64,000 bases of DNA from an uncultured Candidatus Binatia bacterium (GCA_965213675.1 OZ243916.1:3232001-3296000), one strand, 5' to 3'. Counted from the stretch's first letter, positions 36,929 to 47,146 are shown. The notes: generated by a model not told the origin, from the sequence alone. Numbers and translations are program-made.

Positions 36929-37882
36929 TCAAACCCGCAACCCGCACCCCTCGAACGCCTCCCGCGTCCGTTCCTTCTCCGCTGCGGTCAGCGGGAGAAA
37001 CGGTGGGCGCACCGTGCCGCCGACCTGGCCCAGGAGTTCCTGCCAGTACTTCTGGTGGGCGTGGGGCTTGCCGCCGGGGCGGCTGGACGCCAGAGCCTGG
37101 CGCACGGGGTCGAGGCTGTCGCGGACCTGGCGGGCTTTCTCGGGCTGGCCGTCGAAGGCGAGCTGGGTGTAGTCGTGCATGCGCCGGTCGTTTGTGGTCT
37201 GGAGCAGATAGGGGGGCGAGGAGCAGAGGTAGAGCTGCCAGCCCAGTTCCACGATGTTGTCGAGCCATTCCTCCTCGGAGGCGGTGCTGACGATGAGGCG
37301 GTCCCCGGCCAGCCGGGTGAGGTCAGCGTACATGGGCCGGGGCACCGAGTACTTGATGGCGACGATGTTGGGCAGCTCCGCCACGCGTTCGCACAGTTCC
37401 GGGCTCATCAGATAGCCGGAGTCCGGGTGGCTCCACATGGCGATACCGATGTCCACGCGGTCGCACACCGCCTTGTAGTAGTGGTACACGGCGTCATCCC
37501 GGTCGGTGACGAAGTGCAGCACGGGCGCGTGTACCACGATGTAGTCGGCGCCCACCGCCTCGGCGTGCCGCGCCAGTTCCACCACGGTGTCGAAGTTCTG
37601 GTCCGAGCACGACATGATGGTGCCGGCCTTGCCCGCGGTCTCCTCCACGGCGACCTCGAAGTTGCGCTTGCGCTCTTCCAGCGACATGGTGAAGAACTCT
37701 CCCTGCTTGCCCGCGATGAAGAGCCCCTGAATCGCCAGATCGTCCACCCAGTGCCGGATGTTGTGTCGCAACCCCTCCTCGTCGAACGAAAAGTCCTCCC
37801 GGAACGGGTTCATGGCCGCGGCCCAAACGCCCTTCATGTTGGCGCGGGCGTAGTCCTTGGCGTCGTGCTTCGAGTATTTCAT
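36929..37882 (-). CDS. dihydrodipicolinate synthase (DapA/NAL)-family aldolase, divergent
   Basis: GKQGEF..MS.EERK, GADY, PNIVAIKYS (Schiff-base Lys). Confidence 0.85.
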   Translation of the reverse strand: MKYSKHDAKDYARANMKGVWAAAMNPFREDFSFDEEGLRHNIRHWVDDLAIQGLFIAGKQGEFFTMSLEERKRNFEVAVEETAGKAGTIMSCSDQNFDTVVELARHAEAVGADYIVVHAPVLHFVTDRDDAVYHYYKAVCDRVDIGIAMWSHPDSGYLMSPELCERVAELPNIVAIKYSVPRPMYADLTRLAGDRLIVSTASEEEWLDNIVELGWQLYLCSSPPYLLQTTNDRRMHDYTQLAFDGQPEKARQVRDSLDPVRQALASSRPGGKPHAHQKYWQELLGQVGGTVRPPFLPLTAAEKERTREAFEGCGLRV

Positions 37883-38058
37883 GGCGTTACCCTTGCGCCG
37901 GCGGTACGGCGCCGCTGCCTGTGAGAATGTATGCATGAATTCAATGAGTCGCGTAGCTGAATTGGATGCCGAATTCAATCCCGCGCCTGCGAGGAGGGGT
38001 TCCGGACACGCCTGCAAAATATTTGCTATGCGAGCACTTTTCGGCTATTTTTGCTGGC

Positions 38059-39207
38059 ATGATGTACAGTAGGATCGCGCGGGCGCCAGCGCGCAGCTTC
38101 TTCCTCTTCGGTGTGCGGGGCGTCGGCAAGAGCTCATGGGCGCGTGCGACCCTGCCCGACGCATTGCGTCTCGACCTGCTGGATGAAGCGCTGTTTCACG
38201 ATTTGCTGGCCGACCCGTCGCTGTTCCGGCAACTGGTGTCCGCCGTCGCACCGGGCGATTGGGTCGTCATTGATGAGGTGCAGCGCATTCCCCCGCTGTT
38301 GAACGAGGTGCACCGCCTGATCGAAGAACGTGGCCTGCGCTTCGCTCTGCTCGGTTCCAGTGCGCGGAAGCTCAAAACCGCGGGTACGAACCTGCTGGCC
38401 GGACGGGCCATCCGCAAGGCGATGTACCCGCTGGTCCCGCTGGAACTTGGCGCGGATTTCAACCTTGAGGACGTACTGACGTACGGCAGCATCCCGCTGG
38501 TGTGGACCGCGAAAGGGCGTCGCGGTGTGCTGGAGAGTTATACGCAACTCTACCTCCGGGAGGAGATCCGGGCGGAGGCCGTCGTGCGCAACCTGTCCGG
38601 TTTCGTCCGCTTCCTGCCCATCGCCGCGTTGCTTCACGGACAAGTCCTGAACGTGGCGGGCATCGCCCGGGACGCCGGCGTGGCGCGCCCCACCGTTTCC
38701 GGCTATCTGGATGTTCTCGAAGACACGCTGCTCACTTGGCGCCTGCCGGCATTCGAAGCGAAGCTGCGGGTCCGCGAGCGGCGGCGGCCCAAGCTCTATT
38801 GGGTGGACCCGGGCCTTGTACGCGCGATCAAGCGCCAGTTCGGTCCTGTGTCCGCGGAGGAACGCGGTGCGCTTTTCGAGGGCTGGATCCTGGGCCTCTT
38901 GCGCGCCCACGCGGAGGAACAACCACTATTCGACACCCTCCACTACTGGGCTCCGGCGGAATCCAGCACCGAAGTCGACTTTCTGCTCCACCGGGATGCC
39001 GAATGCCTCGCCATCGAGACCAAGGCGGCCAAGCGGTACCATACCGCCCTGCTCAAGGGCTTGCGCGCCATCGCCGGTCTGCCGAACCTGGCCAGGCGTA
39101 TTCTCGTTCACGATGGGGCACGCGCCTTCCGCACGGAAGACGGCATCGACGTGTGGCCGGTGAAACGGTTTCTCGAAGCGTTGCGAACGGACGGGCTCTG
39201 GCCGTGA
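38059..39207 (+). CDS. AAA+ ATPase with DUF4143 domain
   Basis: GVRGVGKS, IDEVQR.P, LGSSARKL, LLAGRA, KLYWVDPG, EVDFLL...AIETK. Confidence 0.9.
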   Translation: MMYSRIARAPARSFFLFGVRGVGKSSWARATLPDALRLDLLDEALFHDLLADPSLFRQLVSAVAPGDWVVIDEVQRIPPLLNEVHRLIEERGLRFALLGSSARKLKTAGTNLLAGRAIRKAMYPLVPLELGADFNLEDVLTYGSIPLVWTAKGRRGVLESYTQLYLREEIRAEAVVRNLSGFVRFLPIAALLHGQVLNVAGIARDAGVARPTVSGYLDVLEDTLLTWRLPAFEAKLRVRERRRPKLYWVDPGLVRAIKRQFGPVSAEERGALFEGWILGLLRAHAEEQPLFDTLHYWAPAESSTEVDFLLHRDAECLAIETKAAKRYHTALLKGLRAIAGLPNLARRILVHDGARAFRTEDGIDVWPVKRFLEALRTDGLWP

Positions 39208-39264
39208 AGTCGGGCCGGTGGTCCGCCGGGGCGTTGAAGGTCCTCAATCCAACCGGAAACCCCG

Positions 39265-39735
39265 TCACTTGCCGGCAAGCAGCTTGGGCCAGTTGACGTC
39301 GCCCTTGGCGATGTTGCCTGGGACGTCGTTGGACCATTGGTCCCGGACTCCCAGGTTGAAATTGAGGTAGAGCGCGCCGTCCACAATGCTCCACGCATCG
39401 GGGTCGATGGATGCCGTGTATCCTCGGCTTACCGCCCACGCACAATACCCGCCGTACCTGGGCGCATACTTCTCCGGATCGGCCTCGAACAGCGCCTTGT
39501 TCCCGGCGCTGGCGAAGGACCACGTCGCTCCCTTCCATTCGACCCGATGGGCGCGCTTGCCCGCCACGGGCTTGCCCTCGGTGTGATAGGCCACGGGGTC
39601 GTATCCGCGGATGGCGCCCCCGAGATAGGTCGAGAACACCGGGTCGAGGGCCAGCGCCGTGCCCGCCGGCGCAAGCAGGGCCATGACGAACAGCGCGGTG
39701 AGAACCGCCCGCCGGATTCGCCTTGCGCGATTCAT
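39265..39735 (-). CDS. exported YHS-domain protein
   Basis: Signal peptide; AIRGYDPVAY, F.ADPEKYAP.YGGYCAWAV, IVDG.LYLN. Confidence 0.9.
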   Translation of the reverse strand: MNRARRIRRAVLTALFVMALLAPAGTALALDPVFSTYLGGAIRGYDPVAYHTEGKPVAGKRAHRVEWKGATWSFASAGNKALFEADPEKYAPRYGGYCAWAVSRGYTASIDPDAWSIVDGALYLNFNLGVRDQWSNDVPGNIAKGDVNWPKLLAGK

Positions 39736-40007
39736 GAGTACCTCCTGTCGATGGAAAGGTGAGAAACCAGTGCCACTGCACTGACAGCCACGATAATAGC
39801 CACATTTCAGCCGATTCCCGGCGTGTTTGCAATACGCCAAACCCGGCGCCTCGCCGCCACAACCGGGTTCAGTCCGGAACAGAGTGGGGTGACACATCCG
39901 AAACCCGCGCAGCGCACGCCTGCACACCGCCGTACTGCCGCGCCGTTCCCCCGCCCTTCCCCCGCACCCTGGTATCCACCCCCTCCATCGCGGTACCATC
40001 ATTTCCC

Positions 40008-41330
40008 ATGTCCAGCCGCCGCACCATCCTCGCCTGGTGCCTGTACGACTTCGCCAACTCCGCGTTCGCCACGCTGGTGGTGACGTTCGTCTATGCCGCG
40101 TTCTTCACCAAGGTCATCGCCCCCGACGAGGTGACGGGCACATGGCTGTGGTCCCGGAGCGTCAGCATCACCGCCTTCACCGTGGCCTTGTTGTCCCCGT
40201 TTCTGGGTGCACTTGCCGACCGGGCCGGCTACCGCAAACGCTTTCTCGGGTTCTTCACGCTGGTGGCGGTCCTCGGCTCGGTCCTCCTCTACACGGCCAC
40301 GCCCGGCGAGGTGGTCAAGGCGCTGTTCTGGTTCACGGTGGCCAACATCGCCTTCGAGATGGGCGGCGTCTTCTACAACGCCTTCCTGCCGGACATCGCC
40401 CCGCCGGAACGCATCGGACGCGTGTCGGGTTACGGCTGGGCGTTGGGATACGCCGGCGGACTGAGTGCTCTGGGGTTGGCGTTGGTGGGTCTGGTGGATG
40501 CCGAGATCCCCTGGTTCGGTTTCTCCAAGGAAGGCTACCAGCACATCCGCGCCACCAATCTGCTGGTGGCCGGGTGGTTCGCCGTGTTCAGCCTGCCGCT
40601 TTTCCTGTGGGTGGGTGAGGGGGCGGCCCGCCCCGGCGCCAAGGGTGAGCTCGTGGCGGGCTCCGTACGCCAACTGATCCGCACCCTCCGCGAAATCCGT
40701 CGCTACCCGGACATTTTCCGCCTGCTTCTCGCCCGCCTGTTCTATGCGGACGGCCTCAACACGATTTTCGCCTTCGGCGGCATCTACGCGGCGGGGGTCT
40801 TCGGCTTCACGTTCGAGGAACTCCTGATCTTCGGCCTGGTGCTCAACGTCGCCGCGGGCGCGGGCGCCTTCGGCCTCGGGTTCGTGGACGATTGGCTGGG
40901 AGGCAAGCGCACCATCCAGATCAGCCTGCTGGGTTTTATCACGGCCGCCACAACCGCCCTCCTTACCGGCCAGCGGGCATTGTTCTGGGCCGCGGGCCTG
41001 CTCATCGGCCTTTGCGCCGGCCCCAACCAGGCGGCCAGCCGCTCGCTCATGGGCCGCTTCGTGCCCGCGGACAAGAAGAACGAGTTCTACGGGCTCTTCG
41101 CCTTCTCGGGCAAGGCCACCGCCTTCCTCGGGCCGTTCCTGCTGGGAGAGTTGACACGCCTCTTCGGCTCCCAGCGCGCCGGCATGGCTGCGGTGCTGGT
41201 CTTCTTCGTCGTCGGCCTCGTACTGATCCAGCGGGTGGACGAAGAGCGCGGGAGGCGGGCTCCCGGACAAGCGCCGGTAAATGAAGGGGAGTCCGGCCAC
41301 CCCATCGCTCACGATGCAAACGAAGGATGA
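40008..41330 (+). CDS. MFS transporter (Atg22/UMF1-like)
   Basis: AWCLYDFANSAF, FYNAFLP.IA, GRVSG.GWA.GY.GG, QAASRSL, EFYGLFA.SGK. Confidence 0.9.
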   Translation: MSSRRTILAWCLYDFANSAFATLVVTFVYAAFFTKVIAPDEVTGTWLWSRSVSITAFTVALLSPFLGALADRAGYRKRFLGFFTLVAVLGSVLLYTATPGEVVKALFWFTVANIAFEMGGVFYNAFLPDIAPPERIGRVSGYGWALGYAGGLSALGLALVGLVDAEIPWFGFSKEGYQHIRATNLLVAGWFAVFSLPLFLWVGEGAARPGAKGELVAGSVRQLIRTLREIRRYPDIFRLLLARLFYADGLNTIFAFGGIYAAGVFGFTFEELLIFGLVLNVAAGAGAFGLGFVDDWLGGKRTIQISLLGFITAATTALLTGQRALFWAAGLLIGLCAGPNQAASRSLMGRFVPADKKNEFYGLFAFSGKATAFLGPFLLGELTRLFGSQRAGMAAVLVFFVVGLVLIQRVDEERGRRAPGQAPVNEGESGHPIAHDANEG

Positions 41331-41387
41331 TCCGGGTTTGCGTGGCTGATCGGCAAAGCGAGAAGGTTGTGAAAGACAGGCTCCTGC

Positions 41388-41510
41388 TGTCGTGTCCTGT
41401 AAATTGCTGCGACAAGTTGCGCAGGAATTTTTGTTGCCGGCAAGGTGCGATGACGAGCCGTGGCGGTTACCACGCGAGGAGGAGCCACGCAGCCGGCGGC
41501 GAAAAAGACC
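41388..41510 (-). mobile_element. truncated MITE copy (TIR subfamily B; one end missing)
   Basis: TGTCGTGTCCTGTAAATTGCTGCGACAAGTTGCGCAGG end plus the conserved core in reverse orientation. Confidence 0.8.
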
Positions 41511-41602
41511 TTCACCCGGTCATCGGGTCGGGTCTTACGCAACTCGGATACGACGTTGGTGTCGAGCAGCCATGCCTCTTGGTTCCAGTTCTTCGCCGTC
41601 AC
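41510..41602 (-). pseudogene. vapC: VapC/PIN toxin N-terminal remnant truncated by the MITE
   Basis: GTG start overlapping the response-regulator TGA; ...WLLDTNVVSELRKTRPDDRVK, then MITE sequence. Confidence 0.7.
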
Positions 41603-42345
41603 CGTCCGCGCGCCGGCCCGCGGGGGGGACGGGGAGCGGAGGGGGCGGCCGGAGGGAGGCCGCTGCGGATCAGCGCCAAGGCGGCCTTGACGCGGTTGTT
41701 CACCTTGAGCTTGGTGAGGATGTTGGTCACGTGGGCCTTGACGGTGCGTTCGCTGATGAACGTGAGCGCGGCAATTTCTTCGTTGCTGAGCCCCTCGGCC
41801 ACGAGTCGGAGTACCTCCATCTCGCGGCGGGTCAGGCTTTTCAGGGCGTCCGCGTCGTGGGCGGGAAAATCGTGGTCGGTGCGCGTGGCGATGGCAACGA
41901 AATCGCCGGCGTGGGGGAGGCTTGGGTCGATCCACACGCGGCCACGCGATACCGTCCGTATCGCCTGGAACAGCGTCTCGGGCGCGGCGTCTTTCAGCAC
42001 ATAGCCGCGCGCGCCGGCTTTGGCCGTGTCCATGATGCTGTCCGCGTCCTCATAAGCGGTGAGTATGAGGGTTTTTGTGCCGCGATGCTCCTTCCTGATG
42101 TGCAACAGAGTCTGCACGGCCTCGCCCCCGGGCATCCGCAAGTCCAGCAATAGCACTTCGGCTTCGCCCTCCCCCACGGCCGGCCCCACCTCCTCCGCTC
42201 GCGCTGCCTCGGCCGTCACCAGGAAGTCCCGTTCCCGGGCCAGAAGCTGCTTCAACCCTTCGCGGAACAGCGTGTGATCGTCGGCCAGGACGATCTTGAT
42301 CGGCTTGATAAGCGACGCTTTCTCTGTTTGCTCCGGGCGTTGCAC
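41599..42345 (-). CDS. NarL/LuxR-family response regulator (orphan)
   Basis: LADDH.LFREGL, LLDLRMP, GYVLKD, LTRREMEVL.LVAEGLSN.EIA..TVKAH. Confidence 0.92.
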   Translation of the reverse strand: MQRPEQTEKASLIKPIKIVLADDHTLFREGLKQLLARERDFLVTAEAARAEEVGPAVGEGEAEVLLLDLRMPGGEAVQTLLHIRKEHRGTKTLILTAYEDADSIMDTAKAGARGYVLKDAAPETLFQAIRTVSRGRVWIDPSLPHAGDFVAIATRTDHDFPAHDADALKSLTRREMEVLRLVAEGLSNEEIAALTFISERTVKAHVTNILTKLKVNNRVKAALALIRSGLPPAAPSAPRPPRGPARGR

Positions 42346-42855
42346 GAGTCCTCATCAATCAACACGGGACCGGACGGAAGATTCCGGGATTTGCGGAAAG
42401 AGTCAACGCAATCCGTCGCATTGCAGCACAAGTGGAAGGATTCGTCCAGTACGGGACGGCATGCGTGGATGGATCGCCGGCCACCTGCACACCCCTTGCC
42501 ATGACCCGAACACGTCCCGACCCGCCTGGTCCTCGCTCTTGTGCTTGCGATACCCATCCCTTCCTGTTAACTTGCAATGAAACCGGCACCCGCCTCCACG
42601 CCGCGCAGCAGAGGCCGGCCCCCTATCGCCGTGGCTACACGGTCCATATGTCAATTCGCCGCCGAATATGGCACATAAAGTCATTCCAAGGTACAACAAT
42701 ATGGGCCTTTCGGGCGACCCAAACGAGGAAAAACCTACCAAAGGACAATTGCATACTGACTGCCAAAGCCGTAGTAAACACGGGACAGGTGATTTGTTCT
42801 CACAGGGCGGGCAAACGGTTTGTCTCGGATAACTTTGATTACCAAGGAGGAGGTC

Positions 42856-44211
42856 ATGAATATGGTGTTCAAAAAGGCGCTCGGTCTCGCAAGTGCCTTG
42901 GTTTTAACGGTAGTGATGGTGCTTGCGACGTCGCCGGTTCAGGCGTCGGATGTGGACGCGCGCATCCAGGCCTTGGAGCAGGAACTGACGCTGTTGAAGC
43001 AGAATCAGGAACTGTCCAACGAGCGTGCCCTGGCGGCCGAGATGAAGGGACCGTCCTTCAAGTATGCCGCCGGCAAGGGCTTGACGATCGCCGGTGCGGA
43101 CAACGCATGGAGCATCAAGTTCACCCAGAGGCTGCAGGCCTACTACAGCCTTTGGCTGAGCAATGAGAATCCGGATGCAGGCTACCAGAACCTGGAGTTC
43201 CGCTCCCGGCGTTTTCGGCCGACCATCGACGTCACGTCACAGCAGGGCTTCTACAAGGTCACATGGCTTCTGAACGACGGTAGCGATGGAACAGCCTTTG
43301 GTGGCGATGGATACCTCAACTTCGACAAGTTGAACCCGTGGCTCCCGAGCTTCGGTTGGGGTTACAGCCCGTCCTTCAAGGGCAACACGCAAGCAGGCGC
43401 CTTCCGCACTGAAGACAGCCCGCTTCTGGATGGCTTGGGGATTGGCGGACAGCAGGATGGAAGTTTCGTACTGTCCTGGACGAAGTTGCCGAACATGGGT
43501 ATCGCCAAGATCAGTCATCTGCAGTTCGCGTGGGGCCAGGACAATCAGGCCGAAGCAGCCCAGGGGGACGATGGCAATAGCACGGGTTTCGCGCTGGGCT
43601 TGAAGCCTCTCGCCGGCGCCGAAGGAATGGGCGGCCTCTCCCTGTCGAGCCTTTCGTACAGCGTGGGCTATCAGGCCCACAGCAAAACGGCGTCCCGTGT
43701 CCGGGCACGTACCCCCGGGCTGGCGAACAGGCCGGCCTTGATCGACATCAAGGGAGACGGAGCGACGAGCGCCGACACGGAGTACTGGTCCCACGGCTTG
43801 GGATGGTCCCCGTTGAAGTGGCTGTCGTTCTCTGCCAATTTCGCTACCTACGAGCGGGATCCGGGTGACGGCGTCGACGTCGAAGCTACGGACATTCGGG
43901 TCGCGGCACGGGTATGGCTGTGGGGGCCCAAGAGCGGCATGATGGGTGGAAGCAAGGGTGAAGGCGGCTTCTACATCTCCCCGCTCTACAACGTGGCCGA
44001 TGTAGACTTTGAGGGCGAGACCTCCGAAGTGACCAACTCCGGCGTGGCCCTTGTTTACAATGTTCCCGGCGGTTGGATGCAGATCCACGGTGTGTGGGAT
44101 AACTACGGCTGTGAGGGCCCCTGCCCCGGCCAAAATTTCAAGGACGTGATCACCGAGGACGGCGACGACGACTTCAGCGTGTTCACGGTGGTGGTCGAGT
44201 ACAGGTTCTAG
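42856..44211 (+). CDS. outer-membrane beta-barrel porin
   Basis: Signal peptide, N-terminal coiled coil (DARIQALEQEL), amphipathic beta strands, C-terminal VEYRF; strong RBS. Confidence 0.75.
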   Translation: MNMVFKKALGLASALVLTVVMVLATSPVQASDVDARIQALEQELTLLKQNQELSNERALAAEMKGPSFKYAAGKGLTIAGADNAWSIKFTQRLQAYYSLWLSNENPDAGYQNLEFRSRRFRPTIDVTSQQGFYKVTWLLNDGSDGTAFGGDGYLNFDKLNPWLPSFGWGYSPSFKGNTQAGAFRTEDSPLLDGLGIGGQQDGSFVLSWTKLPNMGIAKISHLQFAWGQDNQAEAAQGDDGNSTGFALGLKPLAGAEGMGGLSLSSLSYSVGYQAHSKTASRVRARTPGLANRPALIDIKGDGATSADTEYWSHGLGWSPLKWLSFSANFATYERDPGDGVDVEATDIRVAARVWLWGPKSGMMGGSKGEGGFYISPLYNVADVDFEGETSEVTNSGVALVYNVPGGWMQIHGVWDNYGCEGPCPGQNFKDVITEDGDDDFSVFTVVVEYRF

Positions 44212-44234
44212 CGGTTCATCGCGAACCGAATCGC

Positions 44235-44274
44235 AACAGGGTCGCTCCGTCACGGGGCGGCCCTGTTTTCGTTT
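44235..44274 (+). terminator. rho-independent terminator after the porin
   Basis: AACAGGGTCGCTCC...GGGGCGGCCCTGTT followed by TTCGTTT. Confidence 0.75.
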
Positions 44275-44440
44275 GAACGAAAGAGGGAACAGATTCGGGA
44301 TGACGAACAGCGATGGAATGGATGGCAACCACGGTGAGGCAAAGGTGTTGCGGGTTCGTTGCGTTGGGTCTATACGTAACCATCTCGGGGTCGGAAGACA
44401 GCGCGGAACGGTTGGGGACGCAGAGCTTCATGGGGGAGTG

Positions 44441-45100
44441 ATGGTGCGATTCGGACACGTGACGTGGGGAGTGCTTGGTACGGTTGTGGTCTCGATTTTG
44501 CTGGTGACTTCCCTGTCGGGCTGTTGGAGACCTTCGGGCATCGGCGTCGGCGGCAACTACAACGACGCGTTGCTGGAGTTGGGCAGGACACAGCGGGGCG
44601 GGGACGTGCAGAAGGCCATCAGGCACCTTGAATTTGTGGTCCGCAGGAACCCCAAGTACAAGGACAGCCTCACGCAGCTAGGGCGTGCCTATTACTATGC
44701 GGGCCGCTACGGCTTGTCCTTTGAAGTCTTGAAACGCGCATTGGCGGTGAACCGCGAGGACGAGATCGGCTGGATCGTTCTGGGTTTGACACAGATGCAG
44801 CAGGGAGACGATGAGGCCGGCCTGGAGAGCTTCAAGGGGGGCCTGACGTTGCTGATCCAGGCGACGAAGGAGGGCTACCGGGACTTTACGGACGAGTTCT
44901 GGGACACGCGAGGGGTCGTACGGCGCGCCCTGCGGCGAAGCGTTTCATTGGTGCGCAAGGGTGTTGTGGAGAAGCGCCGGATCATTCAATCGGGCGAACT
45001 CTTGCTGCACCGCATCGACCTTGAAGTCTATGACGCCGAGGAACACCAGACCCACAGCGAGTATATGGATTCCCGCCGGGATCGCAACAAGGACAACTAG
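44441..45100 (+). CDS. TPR-repeat lipoprotein
   Basis: Lipobox LSGC; TPR-like helices (QLGRAYYYAGRY, GWIVLGLTQMQQG). Confidence 0.7.
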   Translation: MVRFGHVTWGVLGTVVVSILLVTSLSGCWRPSGIGVGGNYNDALLELGRTQRGGDVQKAIRHLEFVVRRNPKYKDSLTQLGRAYYYAGRYGLSFEVLKRALAVNREDEIGWIVLGLTQMQQGDDEAGLESFKGGLTLLIQATKEGYRDFTDEFWDTRGVVRRALRRSVSLVRKGVVEKRRIIQSGELLLHRIDLEVYDAEEHQTHSEYMDSRRDRNKDN

Positions 45101-45131
45101 CAAGGCACACCTCAGACCGGCGAGCCCGGAA

Positions 45132-45175
45132 ATCTTGACTATGGCAGTCAAGATCAGCCGTAGACCTTACGGCTG
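45132..45175. terminator. tandem hairpins between convergent genes
   Basis: ATCTTGACT-N5-AGTCAAGAT directly followed by CAGCCGTA-N5-TACGGCTG. Confidence 0.5.
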
Positions 45176-45919
45176 TAGACCTTGTAGATAATGGGGTCTG
45201 AGGCTACCGTTTCGCAACTGCATTTCTGCGGCTGCCAGCCGCTCAGGGGTCCCCAAATCCTGCCAGTCACCGTCGAAGGGAAAACCGCAAAGGCGCTCGG
45301 AGCCGGCGAGCATACGGGCATAGGTCGTGCGGGTTATACTGAAGGGCTCTGGGCCAGTCATGTATTGGAAGATCCGGGGTTCAACCACGTGAACTCCGGT
45401 GAACATGTACTGTGCCAGAGGGGCTGGAGTGGCGCCTGGGGCTTCGTGGTGCAGCAGTTTTCGGATTGTTCCCTCGGCATCGGTCCAGATGGCCCCGTAT
45501 TCGTCTGCCAACGGGTCGTTTCTGAGGACGAGGGTTGCGGCGGGTTCGTGGACGCGGTGGAAGCGCAACACCTCGTCCAGCCGCAGATCGATCAGCACGT
45601 CGCTGTTCATGATCACGAAGGTGTCCTGGTCCAGAAAACTCCGGGCGCCCAGAAGGCCGCCGCCAGTGTCCAGCAGCACCGGCTCCCGGGAGTAGACGAT
45701 GTCCACACTGAAGCGCGCGCCGTCACCCAGATAGGCTTCCACCCGCTCGGCGTGGTGGTGGACGTTGACGACGATCTCGCGCACCCCGTAATGGCGCAGC
45801 AGCAGCAGCGGGTAGTCGATCATGGGCCTGCCGTTCACCGGCACCAGACACTTGGGGAGATTGTCCGTGAGGGGTCGAAGCCGGGTGCCGAGGCCCGCGG
45901 CGAAGAGCATCGCCTTCAC
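45167..45919 (-). CDS. murU: N-acetylmuramate-1-phosphate uridylyltransferase-like NTP transferase
   Basis: KAMLFAAGLGTRLRPLTD..PKCL, LDTGGG, W.DLGTPERL; GTG start overlaps the amgK stop. Confidence 0.85.
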   Translation of the reverse strand: MKAMLFAAGLGTRLRPLTDNLPKCLVPVNGRPMIDYPLLLLRHYGVREIVVNVHHHAERVEAYLGDGARFSVDIVYSREPVLLDTGGGLLGARSFLDQDTFVIMNSDVLIDLRLDEVLRFHRVHEPAATLVLRNDPLADEYGAIWTDAEGTIRKLLHHEAPGATPAPLAQYMFTGVHVVEPRIFQYMTGPEPFSITRTTYARMLAGSERLCGFPFDGDWQDLGTPERLAAAEMQLRNGSLRPHYLQGLQP

Positions 45920-46992
45920 GCGATTTCCTCGAAGTGTCGGGCAAGGACCGGGACGAGTGGTTCCAATCCCGGCGTCCGCCGGAGGTTGCGGCCGATGCGG
46001 CGCAGAGTGGCGGGAATGTAACGCGTATATCCGGGCTTGCCCTTCACCAGGTCGAGGTAACGGAATCGGCCCACCACCTTCAAATCCCGTTGCACGGCCG
46101 ACAACAGGTAGGTCTCGCGGAACGCGCCGCGGTCGGGGCGGGGCTCGCCCCATGCTTCCAGCCGTCCGAGATAGTAGTCGAGGAGGTCCTCCTCCATCGA
46201 CGGGGTGACCGCCTGATCGGTCTCGCGGTCGTTCAGCAGCGAGGCCAGATCGTACTGCGCCGGCGCCAGCAGCGCGTCCTGGAAGTCGATCAGCACCACG
46301 GCGTCGTTGTGCACCATGATGTTCCAGCTATGGTAATCGCGGTGGCTGAGCACGCGTGGCTGGTTGGCGAGACGCGTCGCCATGTTCTCGAATGTTTGGT
46401 CCAGGAGCCGCCGTTCCGCGGGTGGCAGGCTCCCCGGGTCGCCCGCCTCCAGCCCGTACTCGATGAAATGAGTCAATTCCCAGAAGTATAGCGTCCGGTC
46501 GAACGCCTGCCGGAAGGCGATGCAGCGGTCGTCCCTGCCCCGCGTGCCGCCGATTTGCAGGCGCAGCAACTCGTCCATGGCCTTGCGATACCACCGGAGC
46601 ACCTCCGCCTCCGGCGCCTCCCGCACCCGGTCCCAGAGACTCAGGTCCCCAAGGTCCTCAAGGAGCATCAGGCCCCGCCCATCCTCGCTCCAGTGACCGT
46701 AGATCGCCGGCACCCGAACGCCGGCCGCGCTGAGAAAGCGGTGGACGTTGAGGAAAGGTAATTCCTCCGGCGGCTCGTGGAAAATCGCCAGCTCCTCCGA
46801 CGAAATCGGCAGCCCCGAGTCGCTCCAGCTCATGACGATGATGGAACCAGGCCCGTCCGGTGCGTCGAGGCCGGCGCGGAAATAACGGCGCGACGACGCG
46901 TCCCCGGCCAGCGCCGCCAAACCCGTCACCCGCGCCCCCGTCCCCAGTACTTCCGCCACCTTGGCCCCAATCCGATCCTTCAGCCCCTCCAT
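45916..46992 (-). CDS. amgK: anomeric MurNAc/GlcNAc kinase (APH-like phosphotransferase)
   Basis: GDASSRRYFR, LLEDLGD, HRDYHSWNIM, IDFQDA, YDLASLL, QR.LK..G.F; adjacent to murU. Confidence 0.85.
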   Translation of the reverse strand: MEGLKDRIGAKVAEVLGTGARVTGLAALAGDASSRRYFRAGLDAPDGPGSIIVMSWSDSGLPISSEELAIFHEPPEELPFLNVHRFLSAAGVRVPAIYGHWSEDGRGLMLLEDLGDLSLWDRVREAPEAEVLRWYRKAMDELLRLQIGGTRGRDDRCIAFRQAFDRTLYFWELTHFIEYGLEAGDPGSLPPAERRLLDQTFENMATRLANQPRVLSHRDYHSWNIMVHNDAVVLIDFQDALLAPAQYDLASLLNDRETDQAVTPSMEEDLLDYYLGRLEAWGEPRPDRGAFRETYLLSAVQRDLKVVGRFRYLDLVKGKPGYTRYIPATLRRIGRNLRRTPGLEPLVPVLARHFEEIA

Positions 46993-47146
46993 GGTTGCTG
47001 ATGTACCCAATAGCCTTCCTGAATGCCACAAGCCTTCGCGGGAATGAGGATGCGTGGGTTGGTGCGCGCTTGTGACACTCGGGGGGAGAAGGCGGCGGGA
47101 ATGCCCGAAGGAGCGGCGGAATCCCGGTTGGCGACGTCCTGGCTAG

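Noticed and set aside
39265-39735. YHS protein as a selenoprotein
   Set aside because: The GGYC position is a Cys codon with no in-frame TGA.
42668-42685. Sigma-54 promoter upstream of the porin (TGGCAC...)
   Set aside because: The -12 GC element is missing at the required spacing.
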